Assembly (NCBI GenBank): GCA_040954595.2
Contig: CM082576.2
Location: forward strand, 11,845,129-11,909,128
Direction of reading: 5' to 3'
Source of the DNA: Balanoglossus misakiensis
Lineage: Eukaryota > Animalia > Hemichordata
Length of the DNA: 64,000 nucleotides
Shown: positions 42,108 to 58,934 of the stretch, piece after piece
Numbering within the stretch: the first letter of the stretch is position 1
Layout of the letters: every line of letters begins with the position of its first letter
The notes under the pieces: generated by a model
What the model saw: only the letters and a program-made list of their open reading frames with translations
The model's database searches: none
Told to the model about the DNA's origin: nothing
Position numbers and translations under genes: made by a program

Positions 42108-45100
42108 TACCACCTGTTGGACAGGTTCATCTGGGTTTCTAGTGGTGCTCTGTGTGCTACCCAGGGTGACACCTAGATTGCAATGGGGAGGGGGGGATTA
42201 GGATATAGTGTTCGGGGGGGTGGTGGGGAGGGGCAGGTATGGATATGAGAGGGACATGAGATTCACAGGAGGCAGCATGGATGCAGACAATTACATGGAT
42301 GACAACGTGTGTAAACAGAACATTTGGTGTCCGTGTGTGTGTGTGTAACAAAGCGAGACAAGGGTGAAATGGGAAATCAGGCAGACAGGCACGGAAATGA
42401 CACGGAAAGAAAAGATACACAAAGACGAGTGTGTGGATTAGAATTCTCACATCTCCAGAGTATCGGATCCAATTTATAGCGGACTCCCGGCTACGGCATG
42501 CACTACTGATATCCTACAGAAATATTTGATTCATGCATGCACAGTTCGTGCCAGTGACGCAAGCGGCGATCGCTGAAAGAAATCAGCGTCTTCGATCGCG
42601 CTTCGGTGCGAAAGCATAAAAAAATCAGCATGGCATCAATCAAATATTGTCTGTAAGATATACGAGTACGCATGATTAAAATGCACGACTTACAAATCAG
42701 AGAAGCTTCAATGAAGACAGAAAGAGTTTAACATTTCATCGGCACCAACCAACCATTATTCCCTCCACACCTCCTTGATGAAATCTAACCGTACTCTGGG
42801 AAACAATGTGATTAAAATCAGTGTGCACAGATCACGCAGAATGGCAGAGGGAAAGACAGGGGAAATTGCCTATTTTTGGGTTCTCCTTTGTAAATGCCAA
42901 AATCAGTCTGAAAATGCTAAGTCAGCATTTTTTTACGGATGGTTTTTATATATGGGCCAAAACATGTCAAAATTTCCAAAAAAGTAGGCATGTTGACAAT
43001 AAACATGGATTTTAAATTTAATTCAGTACTGAACTTTGTACAAAATTCCAGTGTCAAAACATGATCTGCATGACTGCTTTCGTGATACACACTGCGCACA
43101 AGTGAGAATGACAAATCTGGGAAATACTGAAGGACGTCACAGGATATGTGGTCGCTGCATCTCGAAACACACAGTGCATAATGTGAAGTACCCACTCACA
43201 CAGTGACGGAAATATCAGATGACAATACACAAACAATAGGTATGGTGTAAGACAGAAGACAGATGACTGACAGGGCCTGTCCTCAGACACAACTACTCCA
43301 ATCACACGCTTGCGACGATCATGCAAATGTGTTCAATCGTGACCACACACTAAGGTCTTCAGTTCTGTAATCGATGAAGCTTTGAAATGATCGCATCTGC
43401 TGCTGTCAGCGCAAATACAACTCAAACAACATTATTGGAGCGGACCTTTAAGGAGATCTGTGATGCATTTTGAAATACAAAGCCTGTTCCCACGCTCGAC
43501 CCAATGCATCTTCACCTCACAGAAACAGAGTTCACTGCTGGCATTCAAATCAATGTTTTTCCCCCATTGTACATGACAGAAATCTAAATACAATGGCCTA
43601 GTCCCCCATGAGAATTCCACTACCAGCAGTGACTCATGCATATGAGCAATTATCATCCAAAACAATGAAGAAAGACGTGATCAACTGAACACGTACAACT
43701 GAAATAATGACCATGGCCAAGAGAGGGAAATATTTGACCAAAGCGTTCAATTCCAAGGCTGATGTCACAACTGCAGATTCTGGTTGCATGTTATTGTTTC
43801 TTCTAAAAGTAAACTGAATACCAGCGGACAGAAATAAAACAAAAATGTGGAGACGCGAGTTCACGTTTCAATCTCATATTCCTTTTTCAAGTGGAGTACT
43901 GAGACAAAAATGTGTTGCCAAACAGAAAACATTCTGACGCAGCCGACATCATTTTTTTGATGAATAGAGTGTTTACAGCAAGGAACATGATTATGCAAGT
44001 AGTGCAAAGTGATAAATAATAGATAATAATGGACTCTGTCTGCCGGTACAATACAATGCGTTAGACAGCGAATCAAGAATACACGTACGCAACTATATGT
44101 GGATTGAGGTAACAGTAATTAACAGTTCACATGTGAGGAAGGAGTGACAGCTGGAGACGTGAAACAGACGTGGCTCTGAAAGTGAGCAGGACCAAATCTG
44201 ATCCACTTTACCTTTTTGTGATATAATCCCACAGTCAGATTGAAACTCTCTTGTAAAGCAAGCACACGGTTTTGCTTTCGAAGTAGTACAGCCAAAGCAA
44301 TAGCGCGCTACACACACAGCGCTTACAACAGGGCAAGTCTTTCATCGACACTGCAATTACGTTCCACTCCAATTACAGACAGACAATCGCGGTGCATACA
44401 TTTTCAGCCAGTGCGGAGGGGGATACAGTACCTTACTGTACGGTGACTTTACAAGAAAATGCCTTTGACTGAGACGGAGATTTGGCAATAACAGGCGGAG
44501 GTCTTTAACAATCACTGACACCATAAGGTCAGCCGCGACGTATTATTAATCGGAGGAAAGGACGCGAAGAGGTCACGGTCCACCGAGTGTTCAAGAATGA
44601 GTAAACAATCAACTGGGGAGGTGTAGGTGTTATTTATCACAAACACACATATCACATGGGTGACTGAAAAGCTCCTGTGTACCATTATGCAAGGTGGTAA
44701 ATGTGCGCTGTGAAGGGTTGCCGGCGGACGACTGTCAAGTTTACGATAAAGAAAAGCTTTGACAAATGACAGACAGATGTAACACTGTGGTGTTCACACG
44801 TACACACGTACAAAGTCTCAACTGAACATGTATAATACATGTACAATGTATGTGTACATAAAATTACACATACAAAATTATTTAATGATAGAAACAATGA
44901 AAGAGTCACAGTGCTTAATTAATTGACAGCACAACTCTTCATCCCAATGCAAACTGAACACACAGGGACTTTGTGCAGCAATACATGTATGTGCACTGTT
45001 CACTCACCAATCAGTGAAAATGTTCCAAGTTCAGCACAGCCAGTATGGCCATGCAGACATGTTGGTGCAACCGCTACCCATGTGCAATGCTACCAAAACT

Positions 45101-45384
45101 TCTACTGCCACTAAAACTACACATCTGTGCATACTACGTTAGTCAAGTACACCAAGGGTCGTGCTAGGTATTAACCTTTATGTTACTACCAGAGGGGTCA
45201 ACGTGTAATACCGTAATCTAGTCAGTGCCTAAAGGTACCACATTTAGTAAGTAGCATTTTAGGGTACCGTAACTACATTACAAAACTACAAGGTTAGGTT
45301 GCCTGGTTAGTATTGGTTAATGACTACAAAGTTATTTTATAAAGGAGGGAAAGATAATTCAATTAAAAGAAGGGTTGAACTTAC

Positions 45385-45424
45385 AGACTCAGCTGTGCCC
45401 TGCTTTTGTCACCTGCTGTGACAC
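45385..45424 (-). other. Probable 40-nt non-coding 5'UTR exon of HEATR5B
   Basis: Long T-rich tract then ttccag| acceptor and |gtaagt donor. Confidence 0.55.
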
Positions 45425-48400
45425 CTGGAATTGTAGAAATAAAAAATAAAAAGATATAATATGGAGCATGCTTTAATTAAACAATAAAACAATTAAACTT
45501 CAAACAAAGGAACACAGGCTAAAATTATGAATGAGTAAACTCATAAAATATGTTTATCAATGGTATACTGAAACTCATACACTGAAATTAAAGGGCGGGA
45601 TCAGAGTTGTCAGATAGGGTGTGTTTTTTATATACCACATCCGAGTTGTGCAAGTTTCTTTCAGAAACCCTCATTTTCGTCATTGTTCATGACAGGTTGG
45701 ATATGGATGGAAACACAATTGTTTTTTTAATATAATAATGACACATTTTTTTAAGATGGAGTATCTTGCACACCTCAGAAGAAAATCAATATGTATTCTA
45801 GTTTGCTTCTTTTTTTAAAATCATACAAGGCAAAGTAGTATTAAACCTGAAAGAAAATAATTACATAAAAATAATAACAAAGCAAAAATGTGAATCTGTT
45901 GAAATGTGAATGTCTCATTTCTCATGTCTCATTTACTGCACTGGTATTGATTTCAATTTGTATAATGTACACAACTTAAATCTACTTGAAAACTTTATTG
46001 CATGCAATTCATCAAACCATTTCAAAAATAGTTGTCTCTGGGGAAACTTACAGACAGCCATTTATGAAATGACTTGCATCATGATATATCAATGCTAAAT
46101 GAAACTGAACATAATAACACATACCATTCCTTGAAACAATATCTCAGCTATAAAAATTAGCATAATTCCAAGGCAACAACCAAGGAGATGCACAAAATGC
46201 ATTCAAGACAGCTCTCAAATATACATATCATAAATTATAATAGCTATATTATATTACATAGCAAGCATAATTTCCACCGATAAAACATCATAAATTCAAT
46301 CTGAACCAAATACATGTATTCTAGCAGTGTTAAGGAAAATGTATTGTACAGTCATATTCTGTGAGGCCAATCACAGAGCAGAACAATGGAATGCAGAAAT
46401 AAAGCCAAGCCAGTTGCCATGGGAGATAAGTGTAGCCACTTTTCTCAACTCGTCCTTGTCAGCAGCAATTCTGCGAGAGAAATATATACATATCCAGAGA
46501 GTGGCACCTCACTGATTTTCTTAGAATCTGGCTCCTCGGAACCTTATCCCTCCCCTAATTGATTCTGATCAGAGTTTGACCTGTGTATGTGCACAATCCA
46601 ATGACAGATCACATGTCATGTCTGACTCATCACTCCAATAATCTTCCTGCTTCGTGCAGAATCGCTCATCAACAACCCAGCACCCCTTGCCACAGCAAAA
46701 ATATCACTGCACGAAGATTGCCTACTCTCCATAATACCACATACAGACAGCTGCCGGCTGCATGTCTCCAGTGTAATCTGGTTTAAATCTTGTTTTAACC
46801 TGAAGGTTTCCAGCAAATCTAACTACATGTATCCGTCTCGGTTCACCTGTGGTATTGGCATATCTCTCGAGTATCTCGCTCCAGGCACAAATCATGTACC
46901 TCGCATATTTTTACACAATGCAGACATCATGGATCAATTTCTTTGCACTAGAATATGTTGCAAACAATTCCGAAAATAAACGTAGATGTTCAACTGCTTG
47001 CAAATCAGTAATTTTCCCCCAGAATTTCAAAATATTCTTCTATTACAACTTCAATACAAGAAATCCGCCATCAAAATGTTAATTGACTAATTACAATGTA
47101 CCACTTCAAAATTTGCATGAAATTGATTAGAAGGTCTGAGTGTTGAATAATTAGGTTCAATCACCTGGAGGTCATATTTAGTCACATTCTAATTCTCAAA
47201 TCTCTAAGATGAGTCATCATCTCTGAATACACATCTTAGGCTTCAGTTTAGCCAGATCAGAAGAAAGGGGAGGGGTGGTCCTGTGCAAAGGCAAAGATAA
47301 AGACGGACAAAATTTGAGAAAACACAGTTGGGCCATCTCATTTCTCTGAGTGTACTGAAGGCCTCCATCCCTCAGAACAGATTTGTTGCCTACATGGAAC
47401 GTTCCATTCTTAGTAAGTTTCTTTCTTGGAACTGCTAATAATAGATTCCCTTGAGACTGTAAAAGACAGATAGGTCCACTAGATCACCCAGAACATGACA
47501 TCAGAACATAAACGTTTGTATTAATTAACTTTCCCTAACAGTTTTGTAATTTATCAGGTAAATTATCTTTTGAGTTCAGTAATGCCACAAGGCGATACCT
47601 AGATCTGGAGAGATCAGACATATTAATCCAGTAGACTATTCTCCTAAAAATTCCACATCCAAGATAGAGTATTACCCAAAGACCCCTTGAGAAACAGAGT
47701 CTGTGGTATTACCAACATCTTTGAAATAGAGCATCTAATTCTCTTATATAAGTGACAGATGACAGCTGCTGGCTACATGGGAATTCAAGATTCCAAAGAA
47801 TTAGAGTCTCAATTGGTGCACAGCTCAGCTTTATTCCGACTTTTGGACAAGCTACACATTCTGCTGACAGCAAGAAGTTAGTGACCCCATTTATATAGAA
47901 AAAGCCACTAGTGTACAGAGGGGGAAAAGACACAGTTTTATTCAAATTTATCAAATACACACACCACTTTTCAGGTTTTTGCAGTAGCCATACATGTAAT
48001 TATAACGTATTAGCGTGGTGAAAATGAGTAATAGGTAGCACGTAACTCACATAAAAATAATTAGTAAGCGTGCCAATATACAAATGAGAAATTTCAAATT
48101 ATTCTGAAAATGATATGGTGTGACTTCGCCTATTCCACAGGCGAACCGTGCACTGGGACCAATATGCTTTGATTACATTCAAATGAAAACATCAGTCTAG
48201 AATGTTTTTCGCTATAAATTATCTCCTTTTTATTATATAACCCTGCGACCATTAATCTAATAAATCTTTCCCAGTCTATTCCACATGGTAGACTCCTGCA
48301 TTATTGAAATTAATATTTGCGAAGTACTTGTAATGTAGACATTGTATGAGCAATGCTTTCAAATACCAAACTGAAAAATAAAACGATCCAATCTGTATGG

Positions 48401-51124
48401 AGTTTATTCCTGGATGGTTTTATCTCACCAGCTATCAATCACTTACAATGCTCAAACCATCGACTTTTTTGTGTCATCCTAGCTCCCTTATGGCAGTATT
48501 ATGACAGTAAATGATGTCTGATCACCATATAGATGAAATGGCTAAAAACAAAGTGTGTAATTTCTATACAGCAACACCCAGTTCAATGGCTGTCCCAAGA
48601 CAAGCCAGGACATACAAAGAGTCAGCATTGAGCAAGGCCATGGGATACAACTCCCCAACTGAAAGAAGTCTAAATAAAAACACTACATGTTGAATGAATG
48701 CATGTTGCAAGGGACTAAATAATCACTATTTCAGAACCGATCGTAGCTTAATTACTTTTCTTTGCAAACCAAATGTTTCTCTCCTCCAATTTATAAATTT
48801 CTTGAGATATTTTCCAAGCTGACTGAGGTCATTTTCTACCTGGGGGATCAGGAAACGGCTCATCAGAACTCTGCAAACTAATTGGGAATGCCTCACAATT
48901 ACATCGGCAACTTAAACAGCATGCCATGAGGGGTCAACTCATTATAGCAATCTCACAGGAGATAATTTCCCGAACCTGCACCACCGTGGACCATTTCATT
49001 ATCTCAATTTACTTCCCTGCACAGACAGAAATCAGGGGAAAGGGCGAGCTGGCCTTCAAAATTGGACAATGATGGCATTTCTGATTCAACGAGAAACTCT
49101 TTAACAAGCTAGAAAGGCTGGAAAGTGTCTTGTTTCAGAAGTACTGGCAATCTACTACAGCCATGATCACCAGGAACGTTAACCCCGGCAACTTCCTTGA
49201 CAAATTCCGACAGTATTCCAAAAATAAAGCGGAAGCCAATAAATCTCAAAATGTTTCTCATGAGATCCGATAAAAAATACGGAACAGCATGATATCGCAA
49301 TAATTCATATCTTGAATAATAATGGCTGGTGGGTTCAAAGGTCACGATCTTTGACCTGAAGATCTCATCCTGAAGTGATTCTTGATGGAGATTTAGATAA
49401 ATTCTTGAAAACTACAGCTATTTTGCAAAATGAACTTGCCAATAGTGTATAGCTGATGAAGTATTAGTCTTTCATTCAAAGCTGTTCTCAATCTCAGGTC
49501 TGTGAAGCTCAAAACAGAAAAAATTATGCGCTTCACAGAGCCTGAAACATATCGCTAGTTCCCACACAAGCTGCCAAAAGACATAAATAAAAGCTTCATT
49601 CTCCACATGTAAACACAGACCTTATTAATATGTGAAGACTGTTGCATTATCCCATAGTGATAATAAATATCGCTTTCTTATACGCTTTTAAAAATACATG
49701 CAGCCGCGAGGAAGGTTGCTCTGTGCATACTTTAGAAAAAATAGCCAGTGGTACAACAACAACCAACGGTAAATAATACAAGTTTTATACCTCTAGGGAT
49801 CACTGGCAACACGGCTAAAAGCTTTCAAAATATGACCTTTTGGATTGAATTGCGTAAAGGACATAACGCAAGCAGCTGTCGGCTACAGACAGAGTCTAGG
49901 AATATTGCTTGCGTTTCACAACAGTAAGACCATTGTTGTCGCTTATATCCACCCTACCCCTGAATCAATCCAAGGCCTCTGACCAGACATACTGCTTGAA
50001 AAACAATTGAGAATTGGATCAAAACCATTGAGAAAAGCAACACTTTTTCTTTAAATTCATTCGGTATATTGTGTTTGTCCAAGATGAGATTCAAAAGTTA
50101 CTGTTGGGAGAGTCTAACCATCTATCTAACCCACCAACCAAAGATCTGCCAACTCAAAGTATACATGTAAATTATTTGGTGTCTGCAAATCCAGATTTTA
50201 TGATTCCTAATATTGTGAGATACACACAGCTGGTCTTACCAAAACTTTTATATTAAAAAAAAAACTTTTATTAAAAGACGACAAGTTAATACGAGCTCTG
50301 TGTAAGGTTTTTGTCAATTACCTGCATTAATTCTACTTGGACATGGAGAGGAGCCGCTTTGAATGAAAGGCTCAACAACAACAACAACAACAAAGTGACT
50401 GAGACATGTTGTCATCTAAAAAAAAAACTTTGGGAAACAGCCCTAAAAATAACTGAACCCTGTCCAACTGGCAAGGATGAGGTTTTACAGGACACTAGAC
50501 TCAAAATCTGTGTCAATGCTTTCGACAGGACAAATATCTGTGAACAATAAATTATGGGAGACAAGTATGTGAAACATGAGGACGTGATGGAACATGAACG
50601 TTTAGACAGGTTGACCTTGTCTTCTTATACTTTCGAAGCATAATGCACATGGTGTGGGAGGCTTCCCACTCTCCACGTAATGTATAAGCAGAAACGTCGA
50701 CGTGGTGTAGGCGGCGAGATCGTAAGCCCACTTTTCGTCCACACAGACAGTGTCACACCCACCACCACAGACGACCCCCCTCCCCCAAACCCAGGTCAGG
50801 TAATAATCGACTTCCTGTTCTAGTACTAAATGAACAACGGTACATAATTTCGTTATTAAAGCAATTGTCGGGTAGCTGGGTGTGTTGATCGTCATATTAT
50901 CATATAATTACATTTCAAACAAGACCGGTAACACACTCAAGTCAAGAGACCGGTGTACAGCACAGAATATGCACAGTACGACCGGGCATTGGGAGATCCG
51001 TCGACGCGACGGCGGCGACGGCACCGACTTCACGAGTCGAGCCGAACAATAATTATTTTACAGAAGACACAGACCCTCGAATTTCGACGTTTTCAGACGG
51101 TGCCGAAATATCGGTAAAGCTTAC

Positions 51125-51179
51125 CTGTTCTAAATTCAAACACGAGAGAAGGGTAATCCGTACTCCACCGACAAAAATG

Positions 51180-51180
<1 letters not shown>
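51125..51180 (-). other. Probable first (non-coding) exon of HEATR5B; TSS approximate
   Basis: Strong CAG|GTAAGC donor on the minus strand inside the CpG-rich region next to ZFPL1. Confidence 0.55.
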
Positions 51181-54151
<2,971 letters not shown>

Positions 54152-57100
54152 TGAGATTTTCACTTTGGCTCTGACTCCTGCCTTTGTGAGGGTGTGCTCT
54201 GTGATGTAAAGACAATGTGACTGAAAGCTGTGACAAAAAATAGGAATCCATATCTGCCCATGTTGACGTTTAGTGTGCGGATTTCACATCATCGATTGAT
54301 GTGACTGAGTTGTCCATGTAGTTGGGAGGGCTAGGGCTGTGTGCACTAACTGACTAACTCATTCCCATCGTTAAGGGCAGCTACATAGACTTAATTAATG
54401 CATCCATGTATGATGCATGCGCCTCTGTCGCCTGACAGCAAGAGAGCTGTCAATCAGCAGATATTCAGTCAGAATATCAAAGGGGGGCCAGATATGTTGT
54501 TGTACTCTTCTTACGTGAAATACATGTATTTGAATTCCATTTATAAGACATCCCGAGAAAGTGTGCAGCTGTAGATTGTATATTTTGGATCAAGATTCAA
54601 ACAGGCTGATTTTTGTTTCTCTTCACCTCTGACAAAACTAACTGTTTACTAGTGTTCTACATGAATTCCTGTCCATATGCTGTTCCACAATGACATACTG
54701 TCAAGTGTCCAGTTCAAAAAAGTACCAGCGTCATTTCTGTTTGAAAGGAAAATTGGTGACCATGACGAATGGCCACCCAAGCAATAAAACTGCCCTAGAC
54801 AGCGTAACATTCTGAAATCTGGAGTAGATAGAAAGTGTTTTGCAGCCTGGTGTAGTTGTAGCACTAGATACAACAGCCAAGAAGTAGACAGTAACTACAG
54901 TAAAGAAAATGGGGGAAACTTTTTTTGCAAAGCAGCGTTCATCAGAGTTTTGGTTATTCAGGAAGGGACGGTTTAATCTCACATATCAAGCCTGTATCTC
55001 AAGTACTGAGTCACAACTCAACATAGGTCATAGGTCAAGATTAAATGATAATTGTTCATTGCTGTGACTAAGTAATTTGTGATATTTGTCTGCAAATCTT
55101 ACGATTAAGTCTTCACATGCACTGTCAATCCAGGGTGACAAGAAAAAAAATTATTACATGTAATCCAATATGTGCTGCAAATAGTATTTTCCTCAATGTA
55201 CTTGCATGGAAACTTCACTGGAGTTGACATGTGAACAAAATGGCCACTGTAGTTGGTGAAAAAATCATCCCAACAATGAGACAACTGACCATCATCTTTA
55301 CATACCAGATATTTTGCTTATTATTCTGTTTCCGTAAGTTAACTACATGTACCCTGCACTTGCAAAGCAGACGTGTTCAAAGCCCTCATAAATTTCTCGG
55401 CAATATTTTGCCACCTTTGGGTAATGTATTTGTAAGAGCTACTCCTTTGAATACAGGGGAAGTGGATTATTATAATGTGTCTGAGATGTTTATAACACAG
55501 TCAGCTGTCCCCTTATTCTATGTTCGGGTTCAATCATGATACTTTTAATACAAGAACATTTTTCTGTATGTATATATACCAACAAAAATGGCATCTCCAG
55601 TATTGTTATTTTATTTTATTCCTGTGTAAAAAGAATTTATGTTTAAGTTCAGTAACATTATATTGACAGGGACCAGATTATTTTAATTTATATGTGGTAG
55701 GCGGGATAATTGAAACTATAGAGTAAAATAGTAAATTGATCAAAGTGAAAATAGCGTTTTAGATAGATGTATTAGCGACAAATATGCTAGAAATGTTTAT
55801 GATTTGCTAAATGAGTCCCAACACTGGTTGGGTTGTACAGAAATTATGCTTGTGCGAAAGATTTGTGTGAGAGTAAGACATCAAAATTAAAAAAAAAAAA
55901 CTTTTAAAATAAAGACATTTACAAAAAGAGTACATTGTGACTCGTGTGTATTTTTTAACCACTGTGCAAGAGCATAGTTTCAGAGTGTGACTGCTGTAGC
56001 CCGGAGTACTTGATTGGTGGTGGGTGTAAAACCCAAATGTTAAGTGATTTTTCTGGCGATGTGTGTTTGTGTAGAACACTGCAGTCAAACCAAAAATACT
56101 GAATTGTGAAAACGTTTCCTGACTCGTAAGCACGAACAGGATATATTGCATTTTCCTGTTCCAAAAAACTAATCCGCGGCTATGTCCAAATCCCAAAGAC
56201 TCCCCGATCTTGTGCTGAGTAGAAAAATGACGATGACCACCACAGACACAGCACGCAGCATGATACATTAGCGTTGGTGGCGCTGTGCAAGAACCAAATT
56301 TGCGCATCAAGTTCCCTTAGCAAACGTTATGAAGTTGCCTTTTAACAATAAAAAAAGCACGAATTACGGCTTCATAACATCTTGAAATATTTATAAAATA
56401 TTTGTTTTTATTTCATTTTTCTTTCCTTCTAAGAAGATTTGACCAAGAAAACTTATTTCAAAGTTGCGAGAAATACTGGCCAACTTCTTCATCAGTTCAG
56501 CTTCGGAGAAACCAGAAGAACAAAAATAGTTTTTGAAAAAAAAAGTCAAAATTTCTGTCTTATGGAAGATCATCGTACATCCAGCATTAGTCTCTGTGTT
56601 CCTGTATTTGGCTGGCTGCCAGACATATCCTCCCTTAACATTGTCCTAGAACTTGAAGTCCAGAATTTCTCAGTGACGCTTTCTCGCACACAGTGAGAAA
56701 ATCTTTTAATGCCCATTATTTTCCGGTGAAACTTTTGTATTCTTCGTGTCTGTATCTGATGAATCCGAGCTCGATTCCCATTCGAACGGCACTCACAAGA
56801 AAGTTAAAAACTAGAAGAAAAAAAGAAGAAAAAACAAATCAGTATGGCAATCTAGGAACACTGAAATTCAAATATCAGCACCCGAAAATTATCATTCACG
56901 ATATTTCGATTCGTATTCATGATTTATTTCTCACAACAACACAGTAAAATATAAATATACGAACCACAATAACAGCGACAGTTCAAGTGTCACGAAGATT
57001 AATTTAGGACCAGTCGAGACATATGATCATATAACTTTGCTTAATAATAAACGCACAGCCAGATAGCACACCATAGAATCGATCAACAGTAAGCGTACCC

Positions 57101-58934
57101 ATGGCATACATGTATGCGACGTTCCGATATCGGAGATTTTTACTTTCATCGCAAATACACCCTTTGAAAGAATAAAGTTTCAGTTGTCAGAGTACACTAG
57201 TTCAGTGTATCTACTATTATGGGCTAGACCTACATGCGCACATTAACATGCCACCCGGATTACTAACCTACTGCCAGCCATTCTATGTGTGCCGTCCTCA
57301 AACTCCTGCCCGCCTGCACGTTGTAGACGAAACCAAGTAGTGATGTATAAAACGATATCGCATGGAGAAACTATGGAAGAAACGGGTCAGATGAAAGTTT
57401 AGCAATTGGTTAAACAGAAAATGTACACCTTAGTAGGAAAGGCCTAATGATAAGGTGTCGAGTGTGTAGAACAGTTTATGAACATATTAAATGATGGGTT
57501 ACGGCAAATAATCAAGCGAACAAGTTTTCAAATTGCGGGAATTAATCTAGCCTTCAAACTTACCAAAATGGACTGTGTGAAACTTTGAGTGGAAAGCGCC
57601 GTGTTTTCTGTCACTGTATATTGCGTGAGATCGTTAACTAAGGTTGCCAGGAGAAAGGTGGCGACAAAAAGTGACGTGTAAATGTACAGTTCCGTCTTCC
57701 TTGTGTGCCGGATGGAGTCCCAACTAATTGCCATGACAACCAAGCCATCTGGAATGGTGCGATGGAGTCACTCCATTCATTGACGACAGAAACTCTGTTA
57801 TTTCTGCTAACATCGGGTGGAATCGCGCATATTTTTTACAGCGGTTTGCGAACGATGCGAAGTTCGTGTGTGCGGCGCCGAAAGTAGTCGGTGTTCCATT
57901 CTGACTGTACGTCACTATGCGATTACGTCATCAAGAGGAATTCCATTTCCCATGATTCCACCGTCCATCACATCAGACCATGTCATGCATGTGCAGATGT
58001 GATTTCTGCGACTTGTCATACCAGAAGCGTTCTGATTCAATCATTCTCTTTGAGACTCACAAGAGTAAGATGTTAAAACTCACCCGTAGCAGAAACTTTC
58101 CCTATTTTGGCAGTGGAATAGGTAACATGAAAGAAGAGTCAGTCCGCCTAACAAAAATTAATTACAAATGTATAAGCTATTGACAGGCGCCTGCGCGTGT
58201 CGGTTACGGGACCCGGGGCCAATAAATTACCCATAAGCCAAATCAAAACTATTTGCGTGTTCGCGACTTCCAATGACTTGTCACTGAGTACACACCGCGG
58301 TTTATTCCAATAAATTGCATTGTGTCCTCGTTTGGTGAAATTATATATCACCAGATGTTTCGACTAAAGTCGATTTACGCGCCAAGGTCACAGTGCTCGA
58401 GTCCTGTTTCTTCCTCACTATTAAAATTTTGTTTTGTTACAAGACGGAGAAAGCTTTTGGGAACCCTTCCTTCAATCACATAGGTTGTCTAAAGAGTCGA
58501 AAAAACAGGGCAAATGCCGAAATGACGAGCTAAGAGTCATCACAGCCACGTCCAACAGCTACCGCGGATCACGTGGTATTCCGTGATGTAAACAAGGCTG
58601 TACGCATTTACACACGAATGGGGTCGGGGACGCGCTGAACCTGCTCTACGTCACGCATCTCCATAATAGGTAAAGCGTTGCTTGTCCTCGTTTAGGTGTA
58701 TCATGCATTGCGAGTGGTCTGAGTGTCCGTAAGCTTCTCGCTGTCCGCAGGAACGTGAAGATGTGACAGTGTCCGAGTGATGCAAATTTGTTTCAGAAAC
58801 GCTAGTATCTACCCCGTCGGAACCCGTTTAAAGTTACAACGCCTGCAGTGTTGACGTGCTACCGTGTTACGCCAGACACAAATAGAGGGACTGTATTGTG
58901 TGCGCCAGGTAAGCATACCGATGCGTGCTGCAGA

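Noticed and set aside
55800-57010. Possible decayed transposon with a Cys-rich ORF (55807-56310)
   Set aside because: No TIR/TSD, second copy or recognisable domain could be established.
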